Assembly (NCBI RefSeq): GCF_054482525.1
Contig: NZ_JBTHVG010000003.1
DNA: 64,000 nt
Reading direction: 5' to 3' (one strand)
From: a plasmid
The notes beneath the pieces were generated by a model. The model was not told where the DNA came from and did not search any database. It worked only from the letters and a program-made list of their open reading frames with translations. The position numbers were made by a program, and so were the translations under genes. Of the stretch, positions 19,841 to 29,594 are shown piece by piece. How positions within the stretch are numbered: the first letter of the stretch is position 1; each line of letters starts with the position of its first letter.

Positions 19841-20761
19841 ATGAATGCTATACAAAAGTTAGTTGAATCTATTCTTGTTAAAATGGGTTTTGTTGGCGCT
19901 GTAGTGGAAAATATATATTTGGATTCAAAACCATTTCGGCATATTCGATTTGTGGCTGATATTCCAGTAATATCTTTTCTACCTCATTTGGTGAAATATC
20001 TTAAGGGTGCAGACCATCTTTACAGTGGTAACGATGATTTGCATCCTCTTTTCATTTATTTTTCCGAAGCGGCTACATTAAAAGCAGGTCCTGTAAATCT
20101 CGCGAACTTTCGTTTTGAAGTTTCTATAGCTTCAACTCATTTACGACTGGTCTCAGAGCAGCCTGATTTGCTTTTCAAAGGATTTAACCGGGATAATCTA
20201 GAATACGTTTATTACCGCTCAGATTTGGCCTCTAAGGATCTTATACTAGGCCTTGTTGAACACGGTTCTCCTTTCATAAAACATCTACATGGACTTATAC
20301 AAAAGCGAATTTTAAACGAGTTCTCTCTGATTTTTTCTGTTCTTGAAAAGATTTTAGAAAGCGCGAAGCCACAAATTCTTGCTTGCTTCCATAGTGTTGA
20401 TTATGAAATGAACGTAAAAATAATAGCCGAAGCTATACCTGAAACTGTATCTAATCAGATAGTCACATCTGATTATATAGTTAATTCTATATCAGATGCG
20501 GACAAGTTTATAAATCATGTTCGTCGCTATTTAGCAGGCAGGGTAATGAAGAGGCGGATATACGCTGAATTAGATGTTTGTGAAGAAACATCAAGTATTT
20601 CACTAGTGAACTTAGGATGCTTTACGTCTCCTCTGCTCGTTACGGAATATCAAATGTTTAAGCCACACTCTTCAGGGTTATATCGAAAAGCTATAAACAA
20701 CTCCTTAAAACAGTTCAAACCAGAAATGCATGTACCTTCTGAAGAACTCTTTTATAATTAA
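19841..20761 (+). CDS. Hypothetical protein
   Basis: 306 aa; preceded by the composite palindrome at 19783-19820. Confidence 0.5.
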   Translation: MNAIQKLVESILVKMGFVGAVVENIYLDSKPFRHIRFVADIPVISFLPHLVKYLKGADHLYSGNDDLHPLFIYFSEAATLKAGPVNLANFRFEVSIASTHLRLVSEQPDLLFKGFNRDNLEYVYYRSDLASKDLILGLVEHGSPFIKHLHGLIQKRILNEFSLIFSVLEKILESAKPQILACFHSVDYEMNVKIIAEAIPETVSNQIVTSDYIVNSISDADKFINHVRRYLAGRVMKRRIYAELDVCEETSSISLVNLGCFTSPLLVTEYQMFKPHSSGLYRKAINNSLKQFKPEMHVPSEELFYN

Positions 20762-20827
20762 TCTAACCCATCCGGGAACCTGCTTCCCGGTGGGAAGCAC
20801 TTCCTTTTTAGTCATGAGGTAGTGTAA

Positions 20828-21766
20828 ATGTTTAAAGAATCTGACCACGTGGAATTTGTTAGTGCCTTTCTTTATCAAAATTTAGGCCTTAATGTTTCCG
20901 CTGACGATATAACCGTTCAATTATCTGATACTTCGTTCGACAAAGTAACCTTTGATTACGATGTAGATATCGATAATTTAAATTGTATGTTGGATCTCTA
21001 CATATCTGAGCTAATAAAGCACAACGCATCTTACTCCGATTCTATTCTTTTGAAACAAAAAATAATTTATTTTCTTGGAGTATTTAAGAATTTCGGATTT
21101 TTTACGTTTGATATTCGCGGATATAGTAATACTTTAAGCCCAGTTAAAGTTATTGATATTGTTTCAATGATTATTAATGACTGTGAAGAGTTATCTAAAG
21201 CTAATTCTTCTACTGATGCTATAAGAAATCTTTATCTCGATAAAATGAAGGTGGATGGGAAAGTGTTAGTTGCGAAATTTGCACTTAAACAGTTTTTTCA
21301 TTCCGACTTTGGTGACTTTATCTCATTTGTCGAGAAAAGAATTACAGATTGTCTTAATGAAACTTTAAGGATTATCAAAGCTGTTGAACATGGCTTTGTA
21401 CGTGTAGGGCAGCATAAGATTAATCGCCGTATTAATGATGACTTAAAGTTATGCATTGATTTCAATACTGATGATTATCCGGCAAATATGCCAGATATAT
21501 ATATTAAGTTTAACGATACATTTGATGGGAACGGGGCGTTATATTGTGACAATGATGCCCTCATATCCCTCTATACCGATGTTGCTTCAATTATCAATGT
21601 GCCGGTGATGATGGAAGTAAGATTGATCAATAAAAGAGGGCGTGTTGTCTGTGATTCTTCGCATTCAACTTACGTATCTCTCGAAAGTAATGACCGATAC
21701 AGAGTAACTGATCGCACATTACTAATAACTGAAGCTTTTGACGATTTTCGTAACGCGTCTCAATGA
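20828..21766 (+). CDS. Hypothetical protein, tandem paralog A
   Basis: 312 aa; shares blocks with the next ORF (VDGKVLVAKFALKQF vs VDGQVMIARFALQQF; C-terminal ...VCDSSHSTYVSLESNDRYRVTDR vs ...VTDLCHTVYVSELTGGRIKIHDR); its upstream leader is also duplicated. Confidence 0.55.
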   Translation: MFKESDHVEFVSAFLYQNLGLNVSADDITVQLSDTSFDKVTFDYDVDIDNLNCMLDLYISELIKHNASYSDSILLKQKIIYFLGVFKNFGFFTFDIRGYSNTLSPVKVIDIVSMIINDCEELSKANSSTDAIRNLYLDKMKVDGKVLVAKFALKQFFHSDFGDFISFVEKRITDCLNETLRIIKAVEHGFVRVGQHKINRRINDDLKLCIDFNTDDYPANMPDIYIKFNDTFDGNGALYCDNDALISLYTDVASIINVPVMMEVRLINKRGRVVCDSSHSTYVSLESNDRYRVTDRTLLITEAFDDFRNASQ

Positions 21767-21937
21767 TCCTTTTGCTTCAGTCCAAAAAAGTAACTTTGGT
21801 TGGCTGAAGACACTTGTCTATGACAATGTAAAATCTGTCGCTGGCATCTTCTTTTAGCTTAACCAAATTTTTATCTAACCCAGTGGGGAAGTCGCTTCCC
21901 TTCTGGGGCACTTCCTCTCAAATTCGAGGTAGTGTAT

Positions 21938-22894
21938 ATGACACATTCATCTGATGATAAAAACTATGTCCGAGCAGTTCTGAGTTATCTTGGCATAGAT
22001 TTTGATGAGGCGGATATAGTATTAAGTGTTTGCCATTGTCAAAGTGACGAGCTTTCTTTTACCTGTAATATCAAAGCTATTGAACTCAAGAATGTTGTTG
22101 ATTTATATGTCGATAGTATCTCTGAGAATGAAATAGAAGCTTTAAACAGAGAATCTTTAAAATCGCGACTCTGTTACTTTCTTGAGGTGTTTGACGCAGT
22201 CTCTGGTCAGTACCTTGAAATTTCAGGAAAACACTTTGCAACTAGTCGTTTTGAATATGATGATGTTTGTAGTGAAGTTCTTAGCATGTCTAATGATGTT
22301 TCTCAGTCGAAAGGTTATGACCGGGATGAATATAACAGACTGATGCAGGTTGATGGTCAGGTTATGATTGCCCGTTTTGCTTTGCAACAGTTCTGGGATA
22401 CTCATTTTATTGGACTAATAACATTTGTATCTGAGTCTATAACATCGAGCCTCTATAAAGCTTATGAAACTTTTAGTGATATTAGTTTGGCTTGCTATAA
22501 ACTGAGTGAATATTCTTATTCACGCTCTATCAACAGTGAATTGACCCTTAATATTTCACTTAAAGAAAATGACTTCTGTGAGGACCTATCTGATTGCTAT
22601 ATGGAAGATGAGGCTTTACCTTCTGGTAGGGTAATTTCTCGACGCAACAATGACTCCATAATAAGTATTTATGAGAGCTATGCTGCGGCTTCTTATATTC
22701 CGATGATTGCATCTTTGGAAGTCGTTGATGAATACGGCGAAGTGGTTACTGACCTCTGCCATACCGTTTATGTTTCAGAGTTAACCGGTGGGCGGATTAA
22801 AATCCACGACCGTAATGACTTAGTATCTGAAGTTTTCGATAACCTAAGAAATTTAAATCTTGCAGTTGGAGATTCAGTTTCACAAGCTGCTTGA
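21938..22894 (+). CDS. Hypothetical protein, tandem paralog B
   Basis: Start moved to the ATG at 21938 so that the leader GAGGTAGTGTATATG matches paralog A's GAGGTAGTGTAAATG; about 318 aa. Confidence 0.55.
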   Translation: MTHSSDDKNYVRAVLSYLGIDFDEADIVLSVCHCQSDELSFTCNIKAIELKNVVDLYVDSISENEIEALNRESLKSRLCYFLEVFDAVSGQYLEISGKHFATSRFEYDDVCSEVLSMSNDVSQSKGYDRDEYNRLMQVDGQVMIARFALQQFWDTHFIGLITFVSESITSSLYKAYETFSDISLACYKLSEYSYSRSINSELTLNISLKENDFCEDLSDCYMEDEALPSGRVISRRNNDSIISIYESYAAASYIPMIASLEVVDEYGEVVTDLCHTVYVSELTGGRIKIHDRNDLVSEVFDNLRNLNLAVGDSVSQAA

Positions 22895-22933
22895 TTCTTT
22901 CCCTGATTTTGATTTTTTCTCACATACTCTTAT

Positions 22934-22958
22934 GGCACGGTTTCCGTGCCTTTTTTTT
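22934..22958 (+). terminator. Rho-independent terminator closing the paralog block
   Basis: GGCACGG-TTT-CCGTGCC followed by T8. Confidence 0.7.
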
Positions 22959-23157
22959 GCCTCGCTTACAAGCGTCTACTCCTCTTCTACCTATCCCACC
23001 TTACATCACCACTTAAAATCTATCTTTCTAATTCCATTATCCTTTTCGTAGCCTCTAATGCTCTGGTATGAACATACTCTTTAAACTCAAAAAAGTGCTA
23101 TTAACGAAAAAAAATCCCTAAAGAGATTTGTATACTGTTCTCAACCAAGGAGAGCTC

Positions 23158-23433
23158 ATGAATGAACTAAAATCCAAAAACGAGAACAGTACCAAAAGCA
23201 ACTTTCCCCCGGTTGATAATCAGTTTTGCTTTTACCATGTTGATTTCAGCATAGAACGACTACTTTCTACGGCCGAGGATCTCCAGCTTGAGTACATCTT
23301 CCAGAAACCTGGAAGTGAAGTAAGAAAGGATTTGGTTGAGCGATTCGAACGTGGAGAGCGCTTTGTTACAGCTTCACACTGTGACAATTTCTGTGAAATC
23401 CTTGGTTGTCAAGGCCATCAGGAAAATGCATAA
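23158..23433 (+). CDS. Small hypothetical protein
   Basis: AAGGAG RBS upstream of the ATG at 23158 (the ORF track starts at 23128). Confidence 0.4.
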   Translation: MNELKSKNENSTKSNFPPVDNQFCFYHVDFSIERLLSTAEDLQLEYIFQKPGSEVRKDLVERFERGERFVTASHCDNFCEILGCQGHQENA

Positions 23434-23477
23434 ACCCATAAACCTACATTTCCACTTTTAAGGATGTTCACTAAAGA

Positions 23478-24068
23478 ATGATTGGAGAAAGTATTTTTGA
23501 CTGGGTAATTTACGGAATATCCATTTTGATATTTGCCTCAGCACTAATTGAAGGAAAGACAACTCGCTACCCAGCACTTTTTTTCTATGGGAGTTTAATT
23601 TTAATGTTAATCCTGATAGTTGCTGGAGGCCTTAACTGGTGGTTCTACAGGTCAAAATATGGCGCAGTAATCGTTATCTTCACAGTGGTTTCTTTACTGA
23701 TGACTCGATTCCGCCTGGTCATATATAAATTAAGATTAAGAAAGTTAGTTTCAGAGATCAGATTTCGTATAAAAACGGGTTTTCGTATAATTCTTGTTTT
23801 GTCGGATAATGAGGATGAGCGTAATGTTCTGCTGTCTATGCTTAGCAACGTATTGCCAGAGCAAACGCTTATTCACACGCGTGATGCTCTCGGACCTCAT
23901 TCAGGGCCTATCCTAAAAGCTCTTGAGCTACATCATCAACAGGGAACAGGTTACATACTCGTCTGTGAACAACAAATCTCAGCGCGTACGTGGTTGAGTA
24001 TCGTAGAAAATGGGAAACCTGATACATCTATAGCTGTTAATTTTCATTCGATCCCAGAAATGGAGTGA
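23478..24068 (+). CDS. Membrane protein, unknown function
   Basis: Three predicted TM helices in the N-terminal half followed by a soluble domain. Confidence 0.5.
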   Translation: MIGESIFDWVIYGISILIFASALIEGKTTRYPALFFYGSLILMLILIVAGGLNWWFYRSKYGAVIVIFTVVSLLMTRFRLVIYKLRLRKLVSEIRFRIKTGFRIILVLSDNEDERNVLLSMLSNVLPEQTLIHTRDALGPHSGPILKALELHHQQGTGYILVCEQQISARTWLSIVENGKPDTSIAVNFHSIPEME

Positions 24069-24075
24069 TTTTTCA

Positions 24076-24333
24076 ATGAGTAGAACCGTTTCACAAAGTG
24101 TCACAGAAGATTGTCTTTTTGATACCCGCACACAAGTCAGATTACAACTAAGTCGAAGCGTTCATAAAACGCTGGCATCTGCTAAAGAAATTTTACAGGG
24201 AAGGGGGGTTGATTCGGTCTCTATTGAAGATCTTGTGCGAGCCTGTCTTGAAGAGAACCAGCCAATTGATCTCGCCTCACTTTACCTTGAAAATCTCTTA
24301 AAACAGAAAGGTACCAGCATTTGCGATTTTTAG
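24076..24333 (+). CDS. Small hypothetical protein
   Basis: 85-aa ORF starting 8 nt after the previous stop. Confidence 0.35.
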   Translation: MSRTVSQSVTEDCLFDTRTQVRLQLSRSVHKTLASAKEILQGRGVDSVSIEDLVRACLEENQPIDLASLYLENLLKQKGTSICDF

Positions 24334-24406
24334 TGTTTTCAAACCTATTAGATAAAATGCCGGTTGTGTTTATATAACATCAATAATTTCATGCAACAGG
24401 TAAAAC

Positions 24407-24943
24407 ATGAGTACTCAAAAGCAACTTTCCAGAACAACCGGCACTGAACGTATGTTTAAGGAAGAGCTGGCGTTATCCTTAATTTGTTGGGTTTTCACCA
24501 GTCCATTTACCAACTGGACCGATAAAGTCTTCAGTGGTATTGAAGTTCCGTCTGAAGGACCGTCAACATTACTGGGTGAGGCTGAAAAATTCTTTCGTTT
24601 TGTCGTTAATGAAGAAGGCTACGACGCAGGAAGGGCTGCTCTTGGTCTTGACCTATGTTGTTTTTCACTTCCGTCGTGTTTGTTCCCGGACGCTGCCCTG
24701 TCTGAGGAAGAGGTTATGAGTAAGTTAACCGGAGAAGTTATCCATGGGATTCTTCTTTCCTTACCTGAATTTATTGATATGCCAGAAGTGCTCGCTTACC
24801 AGGTCAGGGATGAAATTCTTGCTTTTAACACTCGCTGTGGAGACGGGATCTTTCATGGTTGGAACACGGCTTCAGAATTGTGGAAGTTTGAAATCTTTCC
24901 CCGCACCACCATCATGATGCAGCATACTTCGGCAATACATTAA
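24407..24943 (+). CDS. Hypothetical protein
   Basis: 178-aa ORF, no recognised motif. Confidence 0.4.
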   Translation: MSTQKQLSRTTGTERMFKEELALSLICWVFTSPFTNWTDKVFSGIEVPSEGPSTLLGEAEKFFRFVVNEEGYDAGRAALGLDLCCFSLPSCLFPDAALSEEEVMSKLTGEVIHGILLSLPEFIDMPEVLAYQVRDEILAFNTRCGDGIFHGWNTASELWKFEIFPRTTIMMQHTSAIH

Positions 24944-24959
24944 AATTAGGCGGGGCAGA

Positions 24960-25406
24960 ATGCATAAAAAACTTTTTCTTCTCGAATGGAAACCCTGTCA
25001 GAGCCGCGTATGGGCCGGTTGGATGGCCCTGTGGTTGACTATCAGTTTTCTGATGTTATCTGCCTTGCTTATGACAGATCATCTCCTGAACAAAGTCATC
25101 CTGCCGCCAACATGGTTGTTGATCTGGTTTTCGCCAATGCTGGGGTTTTTGATAAAAGTTCGCGTCGTCGAAACTCAACATTTCCTGGAGCATGACCTCT
25201 GTGTTGCAGGTTTCTCTTTTTACCGCTGGAAGAGGTTAGTTTCTCCCGGGCTTTGGTCAGTTGACTGTATAAATGGTCGTTTTCGCCTCAATCGGATCAC
25301 CCAGGTGGGTAAGACTATCCACTATCCATGGCGTCTCCATTATCATCCTTTGTTCATGAGCCCTATCGAACATAAATCGCATGCTGTGAAAGCTGTTTCA
25401 AAATGA
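24960..25406 (+). CDS. Hypothetical membrane protein
   Basis: 148 aa with hydrophobic N-terminal segments; ATG 17 nt after the previous stop. Confidence 0.4.
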   Translation: MHKKLFLLEWKPCQSRVWAGWMALWLTISFLMLSALLMTDHLLNKVILPPTWLLIWFSPMLGFLIKVRVVETQHFLEHDLCVAGFSFYRWKRLVSPGLWSVDCINGRFRLNRITQVGKTIHYPWRLHYHPLFMSPIEHKSHAVKAVSK

Positions 25407-25478
25407 CTTCTTTAGAGGTTTACATGACATTTATGTTCTGCAAGGTCAGCCAGGGCAGCAAAATTGATTTGAAATAAC

Positions 25479-26459
25479 ATGAGCCTGGAGAAACGTATGA
25501 GTTATGACGATTTGCCCTATTTTCGTGACCAGATTCTGGAACGTATCGACTCGCTTAAGTGTTTTCTTTCGAACACCCCCCCGCTGATGGCAAACCTGAT
25601 GACTGTCTCCACCGTATCTCGAACAGAAGAGCGACTGAAGCAGGTTAAACCCATCAGGGTTAGTGTTAAAGACGATGCTTCGGTTGAGGAAATTATTCAG
25701 GCACTTACTGACATCTGTGTGGATGACATAGAGTCATTAAGTCATGATTCCACCAAAGTGACCACTAAATACCCGGGTCTTATCATTGTCCCAGAAAGAG
25801 CAGATCTTCTCGAAAGCTTGATCACATCTATAAATGAAGCAAAAAATGATTTTGCTGCGGCAATGAGGCGTATCGATAATAAAAAGAATGTCCGTTTTGA
25901 TAAAGTGCACAAGAAGCTCCCGGGCCTTGTCGCTATGCACTCAACAAGAAATGTCCTTTTCATCAAGTCCCAGCTTAAAAAAGTTACTTTTTCATGGCGG
26001 CTAAACCGAAACCAGGAAGTTAAAACAGCAGAGCAACTTGTGAGTTTGTTGGAGCGCAGGAGAGCCTCAGAAGTAAAAAATGTAGCAACTACCAATTTGA
26101 ATGTCGTGTCTAATATCGATAAGGCTTTACACCGTCTTGAATTTCACCCACTGAAGCAGGGCGAATCTTATCGCCTTTGTCGAACTAACTCTTTCCCTGT
26201 TCCGATTGCTCACATTTTTGCATTTAGGCCTGAAGGCCAGGAACGAAACGGGAATAAATATGCTGAGACTGATTATTCAGTAGTAAAAGCATCCTTGCCC
26301 ATTTTCGCAGCAGGCAACATACCTCAATTAAAAACGCTCTCTGACTGGGCTCCTGAAAACAGCCAGGGCCCGTCCAACCAACGGAAGCTGAGCCTGAAAT
26401 ATACAGAACTCGTGCCGGGGGCTGAGCTGGGCATTTTCATTGTCAGCCCCGAAAATTAA
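25479..26459 (+). CDS. Tus-like (replication terminus-binding protein-like)
   Basis: Block FDKVHKKLPGLVAMHSTRNVLFI...FSWRLNR resembles the Tus block [23 protein letters not shown]...FGWANKH as I recall it; size about 320 aa. The real start may be the ATG at 25497 (GGAG RBS). Confidence 0.4.
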   Translation: MSLEKRMSYDDLPYFRDQILERIDSLKCFLSNTPPLMANLMTVSTVSRTEERLKQVKPIRVSVKDDASVEEIIQALTDICVDDIESLSHDSTKVTTKYPGLIIVPERADLLESLITSINEAKNDFAAAMRRIDNKKNVRFDKVHKKLPGLVAMHSTRNVLFIKSQLKKVTFSWRLNRNQEVKTAEQLVSLLERRRASEVKNVATTNLNVVSNIDKALHRLEFHPLKQGESYRLCRTNSFPVPIAHIFAFRPEGQERNGNKYAETDYSVVKASLPIFAAGNIPQLKTLSDWAPENSQGPSNQRKLSLKYTELVPGAELGIFIVSPEN

Positions 26460-26468
26460 GGAACAACA

Positions 26469-27374
26469 ATGCAATGGATTTCCACAGCCAGCCAGAAAAT
26501 CGATGAGCGTCTCTATCGTGTCTGCGTCTGGGTAAAAAAATATCACGCTGATGCGATTAACCGCGTTGTGCTTACCGTTGATCTAAGTAAAGCCCGACAT
26601 GACCCTGACGAGGACCAGGTAAGAGCAGAGCTGCTGTGCGGCCATTATTTTTTGCTTCGTAAGGAAAACGCTTCGAACTCTGCGCCTGACGATCAAAAGT
26701 TTGCTTTCCTGCCTGACGGGCGCAATCTGTGTTGGCAGACCGCAACCCCGGTGCTTCAGCATCTCCTGCTCAATAAAAACGTTCCTGAGTCGCTGAGGTT
26801 GCTTACGGACTACATACATATGCGTCTGGCCAGGCTGACAATGGTACCAATGTCCGGAACCATCATGAACGAGGCTCTGCTGGACAGCATCAGCTGGGTT
26901 AAGGTGGATTTGACCTACTTCTGGCAGTACGAACAGCTCAGCTCTCATCTGGGACCCATCCAGATAACCCACAAGGCACTAGTACGCTTCGGGCATCTGG
27001 CAAAGAATGATGAAAACTCCAGTGCCATAAGAATCCTGCGTCAGCGTCTGTCTTCAGAATTCTTACAAGAATTTCAGATGGCTGAGGATGAGCTAAAGCG
27101 CAAACAGTCGTTGATGGGCACCATGGACGTGAAAATGCTGTTTCATGCTCATTACCCCAGCCAGAAGATGCTGGTGGCTCGATATAAAAATGGTTGGGTA
27201 ATGGTGGATTGTTTTCTGTTTCATCATACCAAACCTAAGAAAAAAGCAAAAAACAAAACTACTGTGGCTAAGCCTCAACTTAAAGAGACTAAAAGAGAAG
27301 GGAGTGAAAATGGAACTGGGCATTATGGTGTGCATCGTGTTGTTACTCTCCGTGGCGGCGGCGTGGATCAGTAA
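26469..27374 (+). CDS. Hypothetical protein
   Basis: 301-aa ORF with a basic, lysine-rich C-terminal tail. Confidence 0.4.
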   Translation: MQWISTASQKIDERLYRVCVWVKKYHADAINRVVLTVDLSKARHDPDEDQVRAELLCGHYFLLRKENASNSAPDDQKFAFLPDGRNLCWQTATPVLQHLLLNKNVPESLRLLTDYIHMRLARLTMVPMSGTIMNEALLDSISWVKVDLTYFWQYEQLSSHLGPIQITHKALVRFGHLAKNDENSSAIRILRQRLSSEFLQEFQMAEDELKRKQSLMGTMDVKMLFHAHYPSQKMLVARYKNGWVMVDCFLFHHTKPKKKAKNKTTVAKPQLKETKREGSENGTGHYGVHRVVTLRGGGVDQ

Positions 27375-27654
27375 TAAGACAGTTGATTTGCTCGAAAGAT
27401 TCTATTTCAAGCGTCCGCTGAGCATGGAGTACGCGGCATGGCTACGTGTAATGTGTGCAGGCTTGTTATTGGTTTTTATTCAGGTTGCTCCACAATTTAC
27501 ACTTCTGTATACCCTTAAACTTGTCACGCTTATTAATCTTGGAATCCAGACAATGAAATTAAATGGCGTGTACAAATATAAAAGAACGGGAATTTTGCCT
27601 CCGGGAGGGGCACTCTCTAATCTCACCAGACTTAACCCGTTCAAGAAAAAATAA
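27310..27654 (+). CDS. Small hypothetical membrane protein
   Basis: AAGGGAG RBS 5 nt before the ATG at 27310; two predicted TM helices; overlaps the 3' end of the previous ORF in another frame. Confidence 0.3.
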   Translation: MELGIMVCIVLLLSVAAAWISNKTVDLLERFYFKRPLSMEYAAWLRVMCAGLLLVFIQVAPQFTLLYTLKLVTLINLGIQTMKLNGVYKYKRTGILPPGGALSNLTRLNPFKKK

Positions 27655-27675
27655 AGTTATGCGCCCGTGAGGGCG

Positions 27676-28860
27676 CTATTCATCAAAGGCATTTCGCATA
27701 AGCTTGATCATTGCTTTTTTACCAGCTTCAATATTACGAATGTAGCGCATAACCATTTCTTCATTCGACCAGTTCCCCATTTCCATAATCTGTGGTAGCG
27801 AGTAACCTTCAATATTTAGCTGTATCGCTCCGCCTACACGAACGCTGTGCCCTGTCCAGTAACGAGTTTTAGTCTCATTTGGATAAAGCTCATTCCACAT
27901 CTCTTTAAATGCTCGTAAAAGGGAATTTTTGCTGAGCATACCGGCATCGTCCACAGTGTCTTCTTCATCTTCATCGTTCAGAAGACTTTGCTTAGCACGA
28001 TAGGGTAGGTTATGCCTTTTAAGAAGTTCAGATAGCTCATTCCCCTTACTCCGAAGCTTCCAGCCGGGTGGCATATAGCCTGTATCATGGAAATTTACGG
28101 CCTGGAAAAGGAATTCATCCGGATGACTGTGCTGATCCATTTTCACGAGGTTCATCAATCTCAAGAGGCAGTTAGTTAACTGACGTGTCAGCCGGTAGGT
28201 AAGAAGTGTACTAATGTTCGTTTTTGTACGGTATACCGTCAGGTTAAATTCACCGGTCATACTATCCAGAGACAGATCTTTCAGACGTATACGTCGAATT
28301 TCGGATGAACGGAGCAGTGTTTCAAAGCCTGTCCAGATCAGGCACAGGTCACGAAGTTTACGAACTGAGTTTGTAGTACTGCGTAACTTTATCAGAGCCT
28401 TGAGATCGCCAATAAGAAAGGGAGTTGCCTGTTTAGTCGTCTTTCGCTTCCGGGCTTCCGATTGTTTTAAGGCTTCCAGCATGTACCATGCTTCAGACGT
28501 AATAATCCCGGGCAGGTTAAGCCCTTTTTTATGGATACTATTTAAGGCCTGAAGACAGCTGTTTATGCTGCTTCGTGACAATTTGCCTTCAAGATGCCCC
28601 ATAAACGCAAGCAGAGCGTCCTCAGACACGGGGAGCGAACTTACTGGCCAGTCTGTATGCAACCGGGCATTCGCCAGATACCATTCGTTCCATACTCGTA
28701 GCCAGTGCAGATAGGTTTTAGCAGTGTTGTATCTCAGATGGGAAAAGTAACGGATCAAGCGTGAAAGCTGTTTATCATGGTTGCCGAACGTTTCCAGCTG
28801 CTGATGCAATTCGCTTTCCGAAAACTGTCTGATCACTGATTGATTCTTCATCCTGCTCAC
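27676..28860 (-). CDS. Tyrosine site-specific recombinase/integrase
   Basis: C-terminal catalytic region HSVRVGGA...MRYIRN (H-x-x-R and catalytic Tyr); start may be the ATG at 28851 rather than the GTG at 28860. Confidence 0.8.
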   Translation of the reverse strand: MSRMKNQSVIRQFSESELHQQLETFGNHDKQLSRLIRYFSHLRYNTAKTYLHWLRVWNEWYLANARLHTDWPVSSLPVSEDALLAFMGHLEGKLSRSSINSCLQALNSIHKKGLNLPGIITSEAWYMLEALKQSEARKRKTTKQATPFLIGDLKALIKLRSTTNSVRKLRDLCLIWTGFETLLRSSEIRRIRLKDLSLDSMTGEFNLTVYRTKTNISTLLTYRLTRQLTNCLLRLMNLVKMDQHSHPDEFLFQAVNFHDTGYMPPGWKLRSKGNELSELLKRHNLPYRAKQSLLNDEDEEDTVDDAGMLSKNSLLRAFKEMWNELYPNETKTRYWTGHSVRVGGAIQLNIEGYSLPQIMEMGNWSNEEMVMRYIRNIEAGKKAMIKLMRNAFDE

Positions 28861-29021
28861 CGGGATACACTGGTTTTAATTACAGGTCATTTTAGCACTC
28901 ATGTACCTGGTTATGAACAGGGTGGAAACAACGAAAAAGGTTGTGAAATCGTTAGGCTTAAGTGAAAAATGATATTAAGATTATCCTTGGCCAGTTGAGG
29001 CCTGTCTAAAGAAGGTTGATT

Positions 29022-29234
29022 ATGTCTGACACAAAGCAGTCTTATTTAATGAAATTCCGTAAGTGTAGTTCGTTCGAAACGCTCGAAAAAGTATTTGAAA
29101 GGTTATGTGAAAAAAACTCGGGTGTCGCCTCTCTTGAAATTTCTGGTGCTTATGATCATCGTAAAGCCGAACTGACAATGAAAAAGTTATATGACAAAGT
29201 TCCTGCGAGTGTGTGGACCTTTGTTCGCGAGTAA
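29022..29234 (+). CDS. Small hypothetical protein
   Basis: GAAGG RBS before the ATG at 29022; about 70 aa. Confidence 0.3.
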   Translation: MSDTKQSYLMKFRKCSSFETLEKVFERLCEKNSGVASLEISGAYDHRKAELTMKKLYDKVPASVWTFVRE

Positions 29235-29594
29235 TTATTAATATTGGCACAACAAAAAGACTGTGCCTAGATTTGAAAATAGTTTATGCCCCTTTCGGGG
29301 CTAAAGGCATTGTAATAGCCTGTCTTTTAAAGTTGTTTATTAAGTTCGGAGAAAAACTTTAATCATAAGCCAAGCCCACTGCTAAATACATCCGATATTC
29401 TCCTTCATTTTATTAGAAGTGATAAAAGTTACTTTACCTAAACTTCTCTCTCAATATTTGTAAGGCTCTCATTTGATTTTTGTCAAACATTAATCTGGAA
29501 GACGGAAAAATCATTTCTTTTAATACGTTTTACAGAAATCCTCCTCCGTTATTTCGGATATAGTTTGAATCATTATCAAAAACGGGGTGCAGCC

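Noticed and set aside
9200-22960. The repeated intergenic hairpins as a CRISPR array
   Set aside because: The repeats differ in sequence, are separated by full-length genes at irregular 0.3-2 kb spacing, and no cas genes are present.
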